Positions 41,381 to 53,053 of a stretch of DNA of 64,000 nucleotides are shown here, one piece after another. Below the pieces are notes generated by a model, which saw nothing but the letters and a program-made list of their open reading frames with translations, was not told the DNA's origin and did no database searches. The translations under genes were made by a program, and so were the position numbers. The DNA is from a virus (Duplodnaviria > Heunggongvirae > Uroviricota > Caudoviricetes), in the IMG/VR virus record IMGVR_UViG_3300042901_002340. One strand, given 5' to 3'. How positions within the stretch are numbered: the stretch's first letter is position 1; each line of letters starts with the position of its first letter.

Positions 41381-44300
41381 TTACTTGATTTGAACAAATT
41401 CAAATCTACAAAAATGTAGTTTTATTATATCGTCCCAATTTTCCACTACGAATTTTCTTAGTTTAAAATGTAGAGATCTTAGATACTTAATATCCGGAAC
41501 TGACCAGAGCTCCTCTGGTGTGGGATTGGTTTCCCATCTCTTCATCTCCTCGAGCGATGCTGGTCTGATATTTTCTGTCACCATTTTTCTAAGATCCTTG
41601 TATCCTGAACACTGAACTTCCAATGGAAATTTTGGATCGTACAGTCCATCGCATATCATATTACAGAACTCGTCAAATGTTATTTTACTCATCGTTATTT
41701 TCTTCCATTTCTTTTATAGCTCCGATAACATCATGGAAAACATATGCTGCCTGGTAATAGTCACTAACTTCGCATCTATCCATAAACTTTACTGAAAGAA
41801 TGTAACCTTCGTCCCGGTTATCACCATAGTTAAATGCTCTATTTGGTGCGGAGAAGTCGTCTTCAATCATACTTTTAAGACTTATTCTGCATGGGTATTT
41901 AACGCCAGGAATCGAATTTGACCATTCCTTATATTTCTCAGTTAGGTTCGCAACAGCTATTTCTAAACCATTTTCTCCCTTTAAGCCTTCTCTTAGATGA
42001 TCAACATCACCAAAACTTCCGAGACTGTAGAAACCATATTCCGAGTACTCGCCGAATAAATCGGGATAAACCTTTCTGATATGCAATTCTCCAAGTCTTC
42101 CTGGATCAACCACACAAACAAACTGGATGTTCTGGTTCTCAAAGAGAAGTATTTTCTTAGTTTCTGATGGTATGAAGCAGACTGTTCTGTCTCCGGATCC
42201 CCAATGCCAAGTGTTATCCTGTGTGTAATTTTCTTTCACACAGTGGTCATAAAGCTTTCCTATATTTTCAATCTGAGCAGTAACTTTCTTGAAAACATAT
42301 CTTTCCAATCCCCAATACATGATTAGATTCTGAAAATTCATGTCTCCCTCATGCTCCAACGATTCGAATATAGAGCACAGCACCTCGGGCATAACGCTAA
42401 CTCTATCTGCACCTTTGATGATTTCTAGAACCTTGGATGATAGTTCATTCTGTTCTTTTTTGTGTTTGTTAATCCCGTCGAGTAGCTCTCTTAATTGATC
42501 GTCCATGTACTATTCTATCCTCTTAATTATTTGATAATTTAGTGCATCGTATGCCTTGTGTAGATTCTCGTCGTCCAATGTTCTCGCTAGAGTTATTAGA
42601 GTTGTCAACCTTTCCAGTTCAAGAACTTCTTTATCCCTTGCAAACATAGCATTTGCAATCTGTGGATGAATACTGATCTGAAGTTGTTTAGGGTCACCGT
42701 CAAACTTATGATTTGGTATGACGTGCTCCATTATGGATTTTGTGGTTTCTAAACCTGCATCTATGGATGCCTTAACTTTCATAACTATTCGTATCTGATA
42801 GTTACTCCTTTAGTTAAACTTGAACAAAAACACCCTTTAACCTCATTCCCTTGCTTGTCTTTGCATTTGAATCCTGTTGAATAAGTGTCCTTCTCGTCAC
42901 AACAGAAGAACGAGTGCCCTGTGTTTACCACTTCGGTGTACCCCTGATCCTCTAGTAATTTCTTACCCTTGTTGAAATCGTTATTGCTGGAACATCCCGT
43001 TACAGCAATCATTAATGCTAATAGCACCAAACTAAATAGTTTCTTCATTGTTTTTATTTTTTGGTTTATAATATCCTTTGTCCTCCCAGAATTCTCTCCA
43101 GGTTAAATATTCCCGCTGTGGAGGGATGCCTCTATTAAAAGAGTATTCGGTTACACTCCCATATATGAATTTGCTAACATCTTTCTGTTGATAGCAATGA
43201 TAACCTCTTGATTTACCAATCATGTATCTCTGACGTGCATCGCTTGTCAGTAGAACGTAGAATATCCATAGAAAGAAATATGGTATGGTCATTAGTGCTT
43301 TTTTCATAATCTGATTGGGTGTTATTTTTTAATTTTTATCTGGCTAAAGTTTACCTGGGTTACCGATACGATCCAATGTTTCATCAATAAGTTTAGAAGC
43401 CATTTCGTCTTGTTCTTTTGTTGCTCGGTGTTCGATATTAAATGATATAACTTTATTGGATTTCTTTTCGTTGATGAAATCCTCCAGTTTTTGATAGCTG
43501 TCTGAGTTTGAATAGATGGTAACATTTGTATCATTTCTCCAGTCATCATCGATTTTAAGCTTGATGATAAATCTGTGAGTAAATCCTTCAAACTGATCTT
43601 TAGAATATTTTATTTCCATTGGTGTTTTTATTTGATTAGTGATTCTCTACCTTTACATAGTTTACAATCAATATAATGTTCAACATTACATGAAGTATAA
43701 CCATAGTTGTAAACTAAATACTCATGGTTATCAGAGCCTAAAACAATACCGGAAGGGTTATCATATCCTAAACCTTCCGTGTGCAGTTTAAATGGTTTAG
43801 GATATTCACTTTTTAAGGTATCACCTTTTAGTTTTTGGTATTCATCCTTCGAGATAGTAACGTTATCTCTACAAGATGATACTAGTAAAGAGAATCCTAC
43901 TGATAGTAATAGTATAGGAAATATGTATAGTGGGTGTAATTTTTTCATAATTATTCGATATAGTGGATTTTGGTTATTTTAATTTTGACATCAGTAGCTC
44001 CCTTTACAAAACAACTCATGGTTACCTGTAATTCATTGTCGGGCTCGATAGATTTGCTGGTGTCTATGGTAAAAGTATTTCCTGAGCTCCATAGCTCACC
44101 TTTCTTAACTTCTTTGACGTCACCAAACTTATCTGTGAATGTTGCAGTCCATTCCACAGCATCTATTGTTTTGGTGGAGTTATTTTTGAGTACAAGGTGA
44201 TAACCAATGGCTCTACCCATGACTCTTTGGCAATTGATTTTGCTTACAGCCACTTGAGAAAAGGCTGTAATTGATAGTAATAAGCTAAGGATTGTTAGTG

Positions 44301-47300
44301 CTTTTTTCATATTAAAAATTTTCTTTGTGTTCTTCTTTAACTATTCTCCACTTTGCTGCTGGTGTGTCGAAATTTGTCCCAACCTCGGCCCAAAGTAGAA
44401 CCATCTTGTCGGTTTCTGTATTGATACACTTCTTATAGAACGATCCGGAGTTGTCCCAGGAACCTATTCCTCCAGTGAATAGATATTTTTTACCGTCTAT
44501 GACGTATGAAATATCATGATCCTCATTAGCTTTGTATCTGGAGAATCTTCTCTTTAGTTCGTGGAATTTTGGGTTCTCAATTACTGTCCTAATAAGCCAT
44601 CCCTTGAGTCCAGAAAATTCTGTTATCTCATTTGTGTAACCTGGTTTATTTAATATTCTGCATCGATAATAGTTTCCTCTTGACAGATTAAAATCCTTGT
44701 CTATTACGATGGTTTGTGCATTGGTTACAATTCTAAATGACACTGTTGAAAATTCGGAAGCTCCCTGCGGTGCTTTCACGTGGTCTCCTTTCCTCAAAGA
44801 ATAATCTTTAAACCCCTCGCCAACGGAAGTTAACTGATCCGTGCCTTCTCTGATTATATCGGACTCTGTGTATTTATGATTAAAATCTAACATTAGTTAT
44901 TTTATTTCAAGTATTGCACACTTAGCATTAGCAACATTTTCAAGATCCTCCATAGTGGCTTCTCTGACAATCTTTAATGAATTTTCCAATAGATAAATGG
45001 TGGAAACGAGAATGTTCCCATCCTCATCCTCGACGTCTATGATGTCCTCCCCACCTTCAGTTGGCCCTATAAGTTTAAATATTTTTCCGTCCAGAGATCT
45101 GTTAGTAGCTCTTGCGATAAATCTATCACCAGCCTCTATAGTTAGATCCTCGTCGATTAGAATTGCTCTTTTCGGAAGATTACTAAACCATTGATTTGAT
45201 TTAATAACGTCCTCTTCCGTTCTGCAGATGTTGTAAACACCGTCGCTGTTTCTGAAAAGGTGATTAACGTAGTCCTTGTGCTTGGTTAATTTTTCAACTG
45301 GAATATCTTTGATAATGGTTATCATAATTTGTTTTTATTTAATTGATTACATGACAAATATATGAAATCCTTTCCAAATAAAAAAATTATTTATCAATTA
45401 TTTTTATAGTGCTCGTTTGCTGCTTTTTTAAGTGTGGCAAGGGTTCCATATTCTCCTATCTGTTCACCACACATAGTAAACAGCTTATACTTAAGATCTG
45501 GTCTTCTGATATCAAAATAGTACGCGGTTTGGCGTCTTAAACCCATAAAATCCGTATATGACTGCTCGCTTCTGTATGTGTAGTTTTCTGTGTAGGAGAT
45601 TTCAGCTCGGTATCTTTCGTCGTTGTTGTTCCATTTTTTACCAGCATAGATTACTGAATTAACCACCATTGTTTTTGATGCTGGTGGTTCCTTAGTCATT
45701 GAGCTGGTTGAACCTGTTTTCTTAATGTCCTGGACAGCAAAGAAATGTAGTGGTGGTTTACTAACGTCTTTTAGCTCCTCTATTTCGAATTCTATTTTGT
45801 TGCAGTCTGCTAGTTTAGCCCAGAACCTAGCACTCTTAGGTCTACCAAAGGCACCGCTCCCTGTTCCTATACCCTCAGCATAAAAGGAGATTGATGACCA
45901 TTCTTCCAGTCCTTTTCTGATGTATATTCTATCAACCTTAAGAACTGTACCAAGTGGTATGGTAACAATTTTATCGTTTGGTTCGGTATCATTCCCACTT
46001 GTACGTCTCCACTCGAATGCGTCACCAAAGTGTTCAATTAGAGTCGAGTTTCTATGCTCGTAATGTAAAGTAAATGACCAATCCTTGGTTAGTCTTAGAC
46101 GATCACCAATTTCAGGTATGTATAATTGCATAATTAATTTTCGGTATCTTCAATGTTAAACTGTTCTCTTATCTTGTACTCGGCTTCTTTAATAACACCA
46201 TGTAGCATATCGATACTATGTAGCGCATCTTTCAATTTATTGTCCGCAATAATTGCAGCTTCATCATCAACAATTTTTTCTATTCCATCATATAATCTCT
46301 GGAGAAGTTTTGGTTCAACCTCGATTCCATTGATAACAAGTTTAATTTCGTAAATGTGTCCATCCTCTTCAGTTTGTTCTGGTGAATAGATCGTTTCATC
46401 TGTTAATGATGACAGCACTTCTTCACAGATCCAATCTTTTACCTTAGCCCTGGTTTTACTTACGATATCCTTAGATGTAATTCTCATGATTTATAATTTT
46501 ACTATTGTGAATATTTCTTTTTTTAATAACTCATCTCTGAGTGATTTAAACATCTTGATTGATTCTGGATCTTCGAATCTGTCCGTTGTTCCGTACTGTG
46601 GTAGAATAGCAATGGTTGCACTAAAATCAACATCAACACCAGATCTCCTCTTTATCTGGGTCTTGCATGATTGCCAATATTGACCCTGCCAGAAAGTTAG
46701 AAAAACCAATTTATAAACTGCCTTCTTGGCAGCATTTTCTGTGTAGTATACCTTTTTATCTCCATCGACCTGTACCCTATTACCTTTATAGAACACCCCA
46801 TACGTGTCCCTAAGTTTGAATTTATCCAATACTATTACTGACGAGTCAATAGCCTTTAAAATGCCTTCTGTTAGCTCCATATCTCCGATAATAGAATATT
46901 AAGTTTCTCTATTATATCAACCACCTCCTGTGTTCTGTCCTCAGTGTAGGAGTCTACCACGTTTCTTCCACTATAGTACTTTCCTCCATAACCAAGTTTA
47001 CCTTGAAATCTCCATTCCCCACACCCATCTTCTGACTCGCAGTGATGATATATGAAGGAATCCCTCATGTTCTCAGAAGCACCTCCTATAGAAACTAGAA
47101 GATCGTATATTTTCTGTGCTTTGCCTGCTGGTATAAGTTTTTCTTTCATTCTTTATCTCGTGTAGCTTTGTTTTGATTCAACATCTATTATTAGTGTTTC
47201 AGCTCCACCAGATTCCCAATCTCCATCACTATAATCAAAATTATATTTGATTCTGAATCTGGAAAGATGCTCATTCAGATGCGTCAATTCTGACTCATTT

Positions 47301-47930
47301 ATTTCTCTGTATCTTTTTCCTTCGACACCAACACGGTACTGAAAAAATTCTATTCCGATTGGTATCAGAAGAGCTATAAATTTTTCTATATCTTCGGAAT
47401 TAGAAAGCACTGATTCCCCACAATAATTACCTTCAGCTAATGCATCAATTATTGTTTTACCTATCCATTCCCAAACCCTTATAAAATCGTTATCGTTATG
47501 TACGATCATTATTCTTTTAATGTCGGATGTTTTCATATTTTAAATTTTTACCACCAGAAGATTCCTCCCCATATTAATACGAATGCTATCAATAGAATAA
47601 CATAGAATGGGGTTTCTATATCAAATCCATAGTCCCCTTTTGATTCGCCGCTACTCTTTCTTATCTTTATTAATAGTAATAAAACTATTATAATAAATGG
47701 TATTAGATTCCAGTGTATTGTTATCATAACTATTGAAAATCTGAGATTGAGTTGTTAAACTTAGCTCCGACCTGATTACCAGCCATAGCACCCATGCAAT
47801 ACATCTTACAGTATTCAAATGACTGTGGTCCTTCCGATGTAAGTAAAACGATATAGTCCGGATGGTTAACAGACATAGAAGTTACTATTAGTTTGTTTTT
47901 ACTCTTTACTAAATATACGAAATTTTTCAT
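41381..47930 (-). other. run of about 16 hypothetical ORFs, including 41685..42506, lipoproteins 42785..43048 and 43628..43948, secreted 43951..44310, and 45394..46131
   Basis: Abutting minus-strand ORFs under class II promoters near 45370 and 47970. Confidence 0.65.
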
Positions 47931-47986
47931 ACCTATTTGTTTTTAAATTGATATGCAAATATATGAAATCCTTTCGAATAAAAAAA

Positions 47987-49690
47987 TTATTCGGCAATTA
48001 TTTTTACGTACCCAGTGCCGTATTCTGTACTAAACCAAACCTTTTTGTCCTTTGGTAGATCAACCTTACCTGTTCCGTATATCGATGGAATATTAAGAGC
48101 TTTAGATAGTGCAAGTATATGGGAGAAGTTTGTATCGTTCTCAACTAGAAGCGCTTTCTTTCCTAATAAAGCCTCCGAATCACAGTCTTCCTCTACAACT
48201 AGAATGTCGTCAGTATTTACTTCCTCACCATTGTTAGAGTAGTATGGTTTAGAGAATGTTTTACCTATAACTATAGCTTTCTCTAGCTCCTCTTTTTGTG
48301 GTTCAAAGTTTACCTGTGGACTGCCTTTCAGCGTTCTAAATTGAACTATCCTGATGTCTCCCTCAGCAACTCTGACAAATTCCAGCTGGATGTCTTCTTC
48401 AAACGTGGTTGCAAGTTCTCTGGCAATTTTTCTTAGTGCCGATTGATCATCCAAACTTATTTCAAAGTTGGACTTTTTACCACCAACAATATCCCCTTGG
48501 ACGGAGCTGCATGCTATCTTTATATCGTATTCCATTAGATTTGCGTACTCTCTGGCATATCCCTTGCTAACTTCCCTTGTTTTAATACAATTAAGGACAC
48601 CATTCTTCCCTTCCAGATACTCCTGATAGAACCAATTTATTCGGTTTTTGCCACGTACCTCTTTATATTTTTCAAAATCCTGCTGGATTTTAATTACTGC
48701 ATTATGTGCTTCCTTCTCGTCGTTAGCTTTGATGCTATTAAGAAGTCCAGGAATTGAATATACTGGCGAGGTTCTAACGAAGTTAGATTTCCAATCTATT
48801 CTAAAATCTTTGGAAACTTCGCATGTTTTGATATGAGGAAAGAATTTTTTTAGAAACATTATGTTTCCGTACTTAGTACCCATTGCCTGTTTGTAACAGA
48901 AGAATTCTCTCATCCCTTCTGAAACAGATCTTTTCTCTGAGCTTGAATAATGCCGGAGATGATATTCTCTAAGCCTCCATAGTTCTGTCATCTGTTCATC
49001 GGTAAGATGATAGTTTTCATTAAGATCGAAATGTAGTGATTCCAACCCAAAAGCAGCAGCACCACATAGCATGTTGGATGATATTGATACTGCATCACAG
49101 TCCAACCTGTCCTCGCCTTTAACCAATCCCAATTGAACAAGAACTGGATAAAGTGAAACATGATCCTGGTAACCACACTGAGCAAATTCACCATTTCTCA
49201 TTAGTAGTCCAGAGATTGTTTGATCGTTCTGTGTTATTGCATCGTACAGTGTGGTTAATGTGTACCCTTCTTCCTCTATGATGTATTTGTAGCATCTCTG
49301 GTAGATTTCTTCAACCGTAAAATATTCTAAAAGAGTAACTATATCTCTATAACCAGATTTAGCAATCTCTCTTATCTCCATAGTTTTATTATTCCATCTG
49401 TCCTCTTTTCTGTTAGCTGAAACAATTGCTGTTCTGATAGCGTAGTATAATGTTTCATTGAAGTCTTCAGGTTCATCAGGTAGAAATTCACAACTTAAAC
49501 CTTCTTCGGTTCTTGTATCCCCACTCAACTTCATTCTGTAACTGAATGCTAATTTTTTCTGTGGTCTATCCAGATTACCGTCACCCAGTAACAAGTGATA
49601 CTTTTCAAACTCTCCGGATCTGAAGAAATCATCCATCAGACCCATGTAGGATTCGCCAGTGGTCCAAAAATGTAGTGTTCCTGATTCCAT
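47987..49690 (-). CDS. PEP-utiliser-like protein (divergent ATP-grasp segment plus C-terminal phospho-His swivel domain)
   Basis: DIQLEFV...IRIVQFRTL resembles the PPDK_N DIEWA...ILQAR; SHILALSKALNIPSIYG resembles SHAAIVARELGIP. Confidence 0.6.
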   Translation of the reverse strand: MESGTLHFWTTGESYMGLMDDFFRSGEFEKYHLLLGDGNLDRPQKKLAFSYRMKLSGDTRTEEGLSCEFLPDEPEDFNETLYYAIRTAIVSANRKEDRWNNKTMEIREIAKSGYRDIVTLLEYFTVEEIYQRCYKYIIEEEGYTLTTLYDAITQNDQTISGLLMRNGEFAQCGYQDHVSLYPVLVQLGLVKGEDRLDCDAVSISSNMLCGAAAFGLESLHFDLNENYHLTDEQMTELWRLREYHLRHYSSSEKRSVSEGMREFFCYKQAMGTKYGNIMFLKKFFPHIKTCEVSKDFRIDWKSNFVRTSPVYSIPGLLNSIKANDEKEAHNAVIKIQQDFEKYKEVRGKNRINWFYQEYLEGKNGVLNCIKTREVSKGYAREYANLMEYDIKIACSSVQGDIVGGKKSNFEISLDDQSALRKIARELATTFEEDIQLEFVRVAEGDIRIVQFRTLKGSPQVNFEPQKEELEKAIVIGKTFSKPYYSNNGEEVNTDDILVVEEDCDSEALLGKKALLVENDTNFSHILALSKALNIPSIYGTGKVDLPKDKKVWFSTEYGTGYVKIIAE

Positions 49691-49792
49691 TATTTTGTTT
49701 ATTGATTACAAGGCAAATATATTAAATTATTTTTGGATAAAAAAATTATTGGATATATTTTTTGATATATAGATGATAAAATACAACTAAAT

Positions 49793-50473
49793 ATGGAAAA
49801 TTTAAAATCTTTTGGTGAATTTATTAACGAGGCTACTCTTAATCCGGCTTTAGCTTTTGGTAATGCGTTTAACGCCAAACCTGAAGTGGATAGTGATATT
49901 GAGGATTCATCAGATATGGATGCTCCTGACACCAACGACCAGGTAACTCTTAAAAGTTTAGGTTTAACTAACACTTCTTCCGGAAGCATATTTACACCGT
50001 TGGATCTTAAAACCGCTTCTGGATTCAAAACTTATTCAGATATTGCTCAGAAGTGGATCAATAAAACAAACCCATCATCCCCAATAAAAGGTGAAATGCT
50101 GGCCAACGGTGCGAAAAAAGCCCTACTAGACCATGGATCTTATATCCCTCCACAACTTGCACTTGCCCAGCTAACAATGGAAGGTGGACTAAGTAAGGAT
50201 CCTAAGGTTAAACCAATTAGAACAAAAAATCCATTCAATGTTGGTAACGTTGATAGTGGAGCAGTTGTTAAACATAGCAATTGGCAATCTGGTATCGACG
50301 CATACTTTAAAACTATGGCCAAGAATTATGTGGTTCCATCACAGAATAAAACTGCTACAGGTCTGCTTAATAGGTTTGTCAATACTAAAAATCAGAGATA
50401 TGCTTCAGCTTCAAATTACGAGAAATCGATAACGTCAACAATAAATAGTATAAATAAAACACTAACCGCATAA
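49793..50473 (+). CDS. glucosaminidase-like muralytic protein with MENLKSFGEFINE N-terminus
   Basis: LALAQLTMEGG...NPFNVG...W..GI.AY; GATATATAG promoter. Confidence 0.7.
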   Translation: MENLKSFGEFINEATLNPALAFGNAFNAKPEVDSDIEDSSDMDAPDTNDQVTLKSLGLTNTSSGSIFTPLDLKTASGFKTYSDIAQKWINKTNPSSPIKGEMLANGAKKALLDHGSYIPPQLALAQLTMEGGLSKDPKVKPIRTKNPFNVGNVDSGAVVKHSNWQSGIDAYFKTMAKNYVVPSQNKTATGLLNRFVNTKNQRYASASNYEKSITSTINSINKTLTA

Positions 50474-50501
50474 AAAAGTCCGATAGAAATATCGGGCTTT
50501 T
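50471..50501. terminator. bidirectional terminator
   Basis: aaaaaagtccgata-gaaa-tatcgggctttt. Confidence 0.8.
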
Positions 50502-50684
50502 TAGTTTTGCGTGATGCTTCCAAATAGAGTTATTCGCATATTAGTTAGCAGAAATTAAATTATGTCACACTTCATTTTTGTTAAATAAAATCAGAATATA
50601 GTGACCTAAATATATAAACTTTTCTTCACAAATCTTTATAATTTTTTGGTTTTTCATATTATAATTAATTGGAAATTAGAGTTT

Positions 50685-50724
50685 TATAAAAAGGTATTTA
50701 TATATACTAGTTACCTGCAAGCAC
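50685..50724 (+). other. attI/attG-like entry site of the cassette array (GTT at 50710)
   Basis: GTTACCTGCAAGCAC complements the left end of attC1 at 13/15, but no hairpin arm lies to its left. Confidence 0.65.
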
Positions 50725-50787
50725 TACTGACCTGCATCAAATAAAGTTCCGTGAGAAAAACTTTTATTAAAATTTCCCACCGCACAA

Positions 50788-51153
50788 TTAATCAGGAACT
50801 TCATCTCTTAAATTGTGTGTTCTTTGACCTTGCAATAGTTCCGCTACTTCGTAATCAATATATATTTTTGTGTGTGGATTATGGTTTCTAAACAAATACC
50901 TTATCGCAGGTTCAACAGCAGAATCAAAATCATCTCCGTTGTATGTTTTTGAAAATTTAGAATAGGGAAAGTGAAATTTAACTTTGTCCTCAATCCATTT
51001 TTCAATTTCATCAAACTTTTCAATTTCAAATATTTCCACTTCCTTAAAACCATTCATTCGGTCTCCAATTTTTATCTGTATTCCAGAATCCCACATCCAA
51101 TCTATTAGGATGTTAATTTCACTTTCATAAAGTGCTTTTAATAGTGTTTTCAT
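50788..51153 (-). CDS. cassette 1 hypothetical protein
   Basis: 121 aa inside the 50710-51412 segment. Confidence 0.7.
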   Translation of the reverse strand: MKTLLKALYESEINILIDWMWDSGIQIKIGDRMNGFKEVEIFEIEKFDEIEKWIEDKVKFHFPYSKFSKTYNGDDFDSAVEPAIRYLFRNHNPHTKIYIDYEVAELLQGQRTHNLRDEVPD

Positions 51154-51155
51154 AA

Positions 51156-51374
51156 TTATGTTTTTATTGGTTTAAAATCTGTTATTTTATCATTGTGGTA
51201 TTGCTCTAAAAATTCAGCCACAAATGATTTCTTGTCAAAAGATGCAAATGACACGCCTGTTTTTCTGTCAGATAAAACAATTCGTTTGCTTTTGATGTTT
51301 CTTCTGATTTCAATTTCTAAGTATTCTTTTTTCCCTTCGCTCATTTTAATAAAAGTTTTTTGTTCGTGTTCCAA
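51156..51374 (-). CDS. cassette 1 hypothetical protein (TTG start)
   Basis: 72 aa; in-frame TAG 13 nt upstream limits the start. Confidence 0.5.
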   Translation of the reverse strand: MEHEQKTFIKMSEGKKEYLEIEIRRNIKSKRIVLSDRKTGVSFASFDKKSFVAEFLEQYHNDKITDFKPIKT

Positions 51375-51405
51375 ATTAAGTTCCTGCTAAATTTACCGTG
51401 CCAGC

Positions 51406-51537
51406 AGGTAACACACGTTTGGCAAAAGTGGCGGTGCAGTACTCCGCTCGACATTTACTGCAAGGTTCAACATTCGTTCTACGCATTGGAATTTGTGGTT
51501 AAAATCGCCACCTTCGCCAAGCGTGGGAACGTTAGCA
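51406..51537 (+). mobile_element. attC-like site 1 (132 bp)
   Basis: aggTAACacacgtttggcaaaagtggcg ... cgccaccttcgccaagcgtgggaacGTTAgca. Confidence 0.88.
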
Positions 51538-51972
51538 GTAACTTTTGAAAAGCGTAACGCAAATCAGAATAATTAATGCTATAAAATTTATCCAATTAAA
51601 AAATCTTACATTTTGATACCAAGCGGAATCAACTATAAAATTTCTTGCACCATCAAAATACATCAAAGGAATAAAAGTTATCAATCTAAATGGAATCCAT
51701 AATAAATTGAAAATTATACACCAAATTGTTATTTGTAATCCTGTAATTGGTAGTTTAATTCCTTTATGTAATTGCCTAAATGAAAATGTTGTAAAGTCAA
51801 AAAATAAATATACATAATGACCTTTTTTAATATTTTTACCTATTCTGAAAAATCCGTTATGAAAACCAAAATAATGTTTGTCATAATTAGAAAATTTACG
51901 AACCTTAAAGAATAAAGCTACTGCTAACAGCATTTTGTGGCAATTGCGGGGTTTAGGTTTATTTTCAAGCAT
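51532..51972 (-). CDS. cassette 2 membrane protein
   Basis: 146 aa; ATG inside the attC2 loop; TAA stop inside the GTTA of attC1. Confidence 0.75.
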   Translation of the reverse strand: MLENKPKPRNCHKMLLAVALFFKVRKFSNYDKHYFGFHNGFFRIGKNIKKGHYVYLFFDFTTFSFRQLHKGIKLPITGLQITIWCIIFNLLWIPFRLITFIPLMYFDGARNFIVDSAWYQNVRFFNWINFIALIILICVTLFKSYC

Positions 51973-52057
51973 TGTTTTTTAATTTAAAGATTAGTCTATT
52001 CTTGTGTGGTCTAGGTTAATTCGTCCGCAACTGACCACAAGATGCGAAACGTTATAA
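51922..52057 (+). mobile_element. attC-like site 2 (136 bp)
   Basis: tgcTAACagcattttgtggcaattgcgg ... ccgcaactgaccacaagatgcgaaacGTTAtaa. Confidence 0.88.
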
Positions 52058-52063
52058 GTAACT

Positions 52064-52483
52064 TTACTCAGCGTTGCGTTTAAGAAATCTATTAAATTTA
52101 CTATCATTGTTTTTGGTTGGTAATTTTGTTAAGTATTCAATCAAAAAACTATTTTTTGCATGTTTATGATTTATCGGAAATCCACTTTCTTCATCAAATT
52201 CTTTTGCAGTTTCCCAAAATAAATGCTCTTTAAAACTGTTAATAACACTATGAGAATCTCCCTCTCCCCAATAGTCTTGTGTCCATTCGTGTAATTCAGG
52301 TAAACATTCTCTAAAAGCGTATTTATTTTTACCTTTTCTTCTTCTTTGTCTTTTGCCATAAAGAAGATACTCCCAACCTAAATGTTTTAAATTAATTCTT
52401 AATATTTCAAAAATTCCTTTTTTATACATTAGCTTTAAAATCCTTTTTTCATCTTTAAGATGTTTTCTGATATATTTTTTCAT
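52064..52483 (-). CDS. cassette 3 basic hypothetical protein
   Basis: 139 aa filling the segment between attC2 and attC3. Confidence 0.75.
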   Translation of the reverse strand: MKKYIRKHLKDEKRILKLMYKKGIFEILRINLKHLGWEYLLYGKRQRRRKGKNKYAFRECLPELHEWTQDYWGEGDSHSVINSFKEHLFWETAKEFDEESGFPINHKHAKNSFLIEYLTKLPTKNNDSKFNRFLKRNAE

Positions 52484-52498
52484 AACTAAAAAAGCTAC

Positions 52499-52631
52499 TT
52501 ATAACAACTACTACAAGCAATAGCTAGAATAGTCATTGAATTAATAATTAATTTTTGTTTGTTGTCATTCGGTCAAACTCCGATGTTTTGGCTTGTTTGT
52601 CCGCTACTGCCTGTAGTAGCAAACGTTATAG
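52499..52631 (+). mobile_element. attC-like site 3 (133 bp)
   Basis: ttaTAACaactactacaagcaatagc ... gctactgcctgtagtagcaaacGTTAtag. Confidence 0.88.
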
Positions 52632-52646
52632 CACATTAAAACGATG

Positions 52647-52779
52647 CTATAACAAAGTATAAAAGCAATAACCTAACTTGCGTGGCATCTCTATACTCTC
52701 GTATATATTTTTTTCCTTTATCCACTCTCGAAGCTACATTTCTAAGGTCTGTTACTGCTTATACACTCAACCGTTAGCG
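52647..52779 (+). mobile_element. attC-like site 4 (133 bp)
   Basis: ctaTAACaaagtataaaagcaataac ... gttactgcttatacactcaaccGTTAgcg. Confidence 0.85.
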
Positions 52780-52785
52780 GAAATG

Positions 52786-52995
52786 CTATGGACACCTAAA
52801 TCCATTGTGAACTATTTCCCACTCCCAATATTTTGAGTTGTTTTTTCTAACTCTATTTTCTGACCAACCTTGCTTATACCAAACAAACTGATAAGGATTA
52901 GACTTACGAGAAGCACTTCCGCTAACATCGGTTTGTTGCAAGCGGGGCTTCTGTGGTTTAATGAAGTGTAGTAATTCTAATAATCTTCGTATCAT
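52786..52995 (-). CDS. cassette 5 small protein
   Basis: 69 aa; ATG in the attC5 loop; attC arm encodes KPRLQQTDVSGS. Confidence 0.65.
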   Translation of the reverse strand: MIRRLLELLHFIKPQKPRLQQTDVSGSASRKSNPYQFVWYKQGWSENRVRKNNSKYWEWEIVHNGFRCP

Positions 52996-53053
52996 AATTT
53001 AGAGTTTTGTGTTTCTAATTCCCCGCCTGACAACAAGCCGAGAAACGTTATGG
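52920..53053 (+). mobile_element. attC-like site 5 (134 bp)
   Basis: cgcTAACatcggtttgttgcaagcgggg ... ccccgcctgacaacaagccgagaaacGTTAtgg. Confidence 0.9.
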
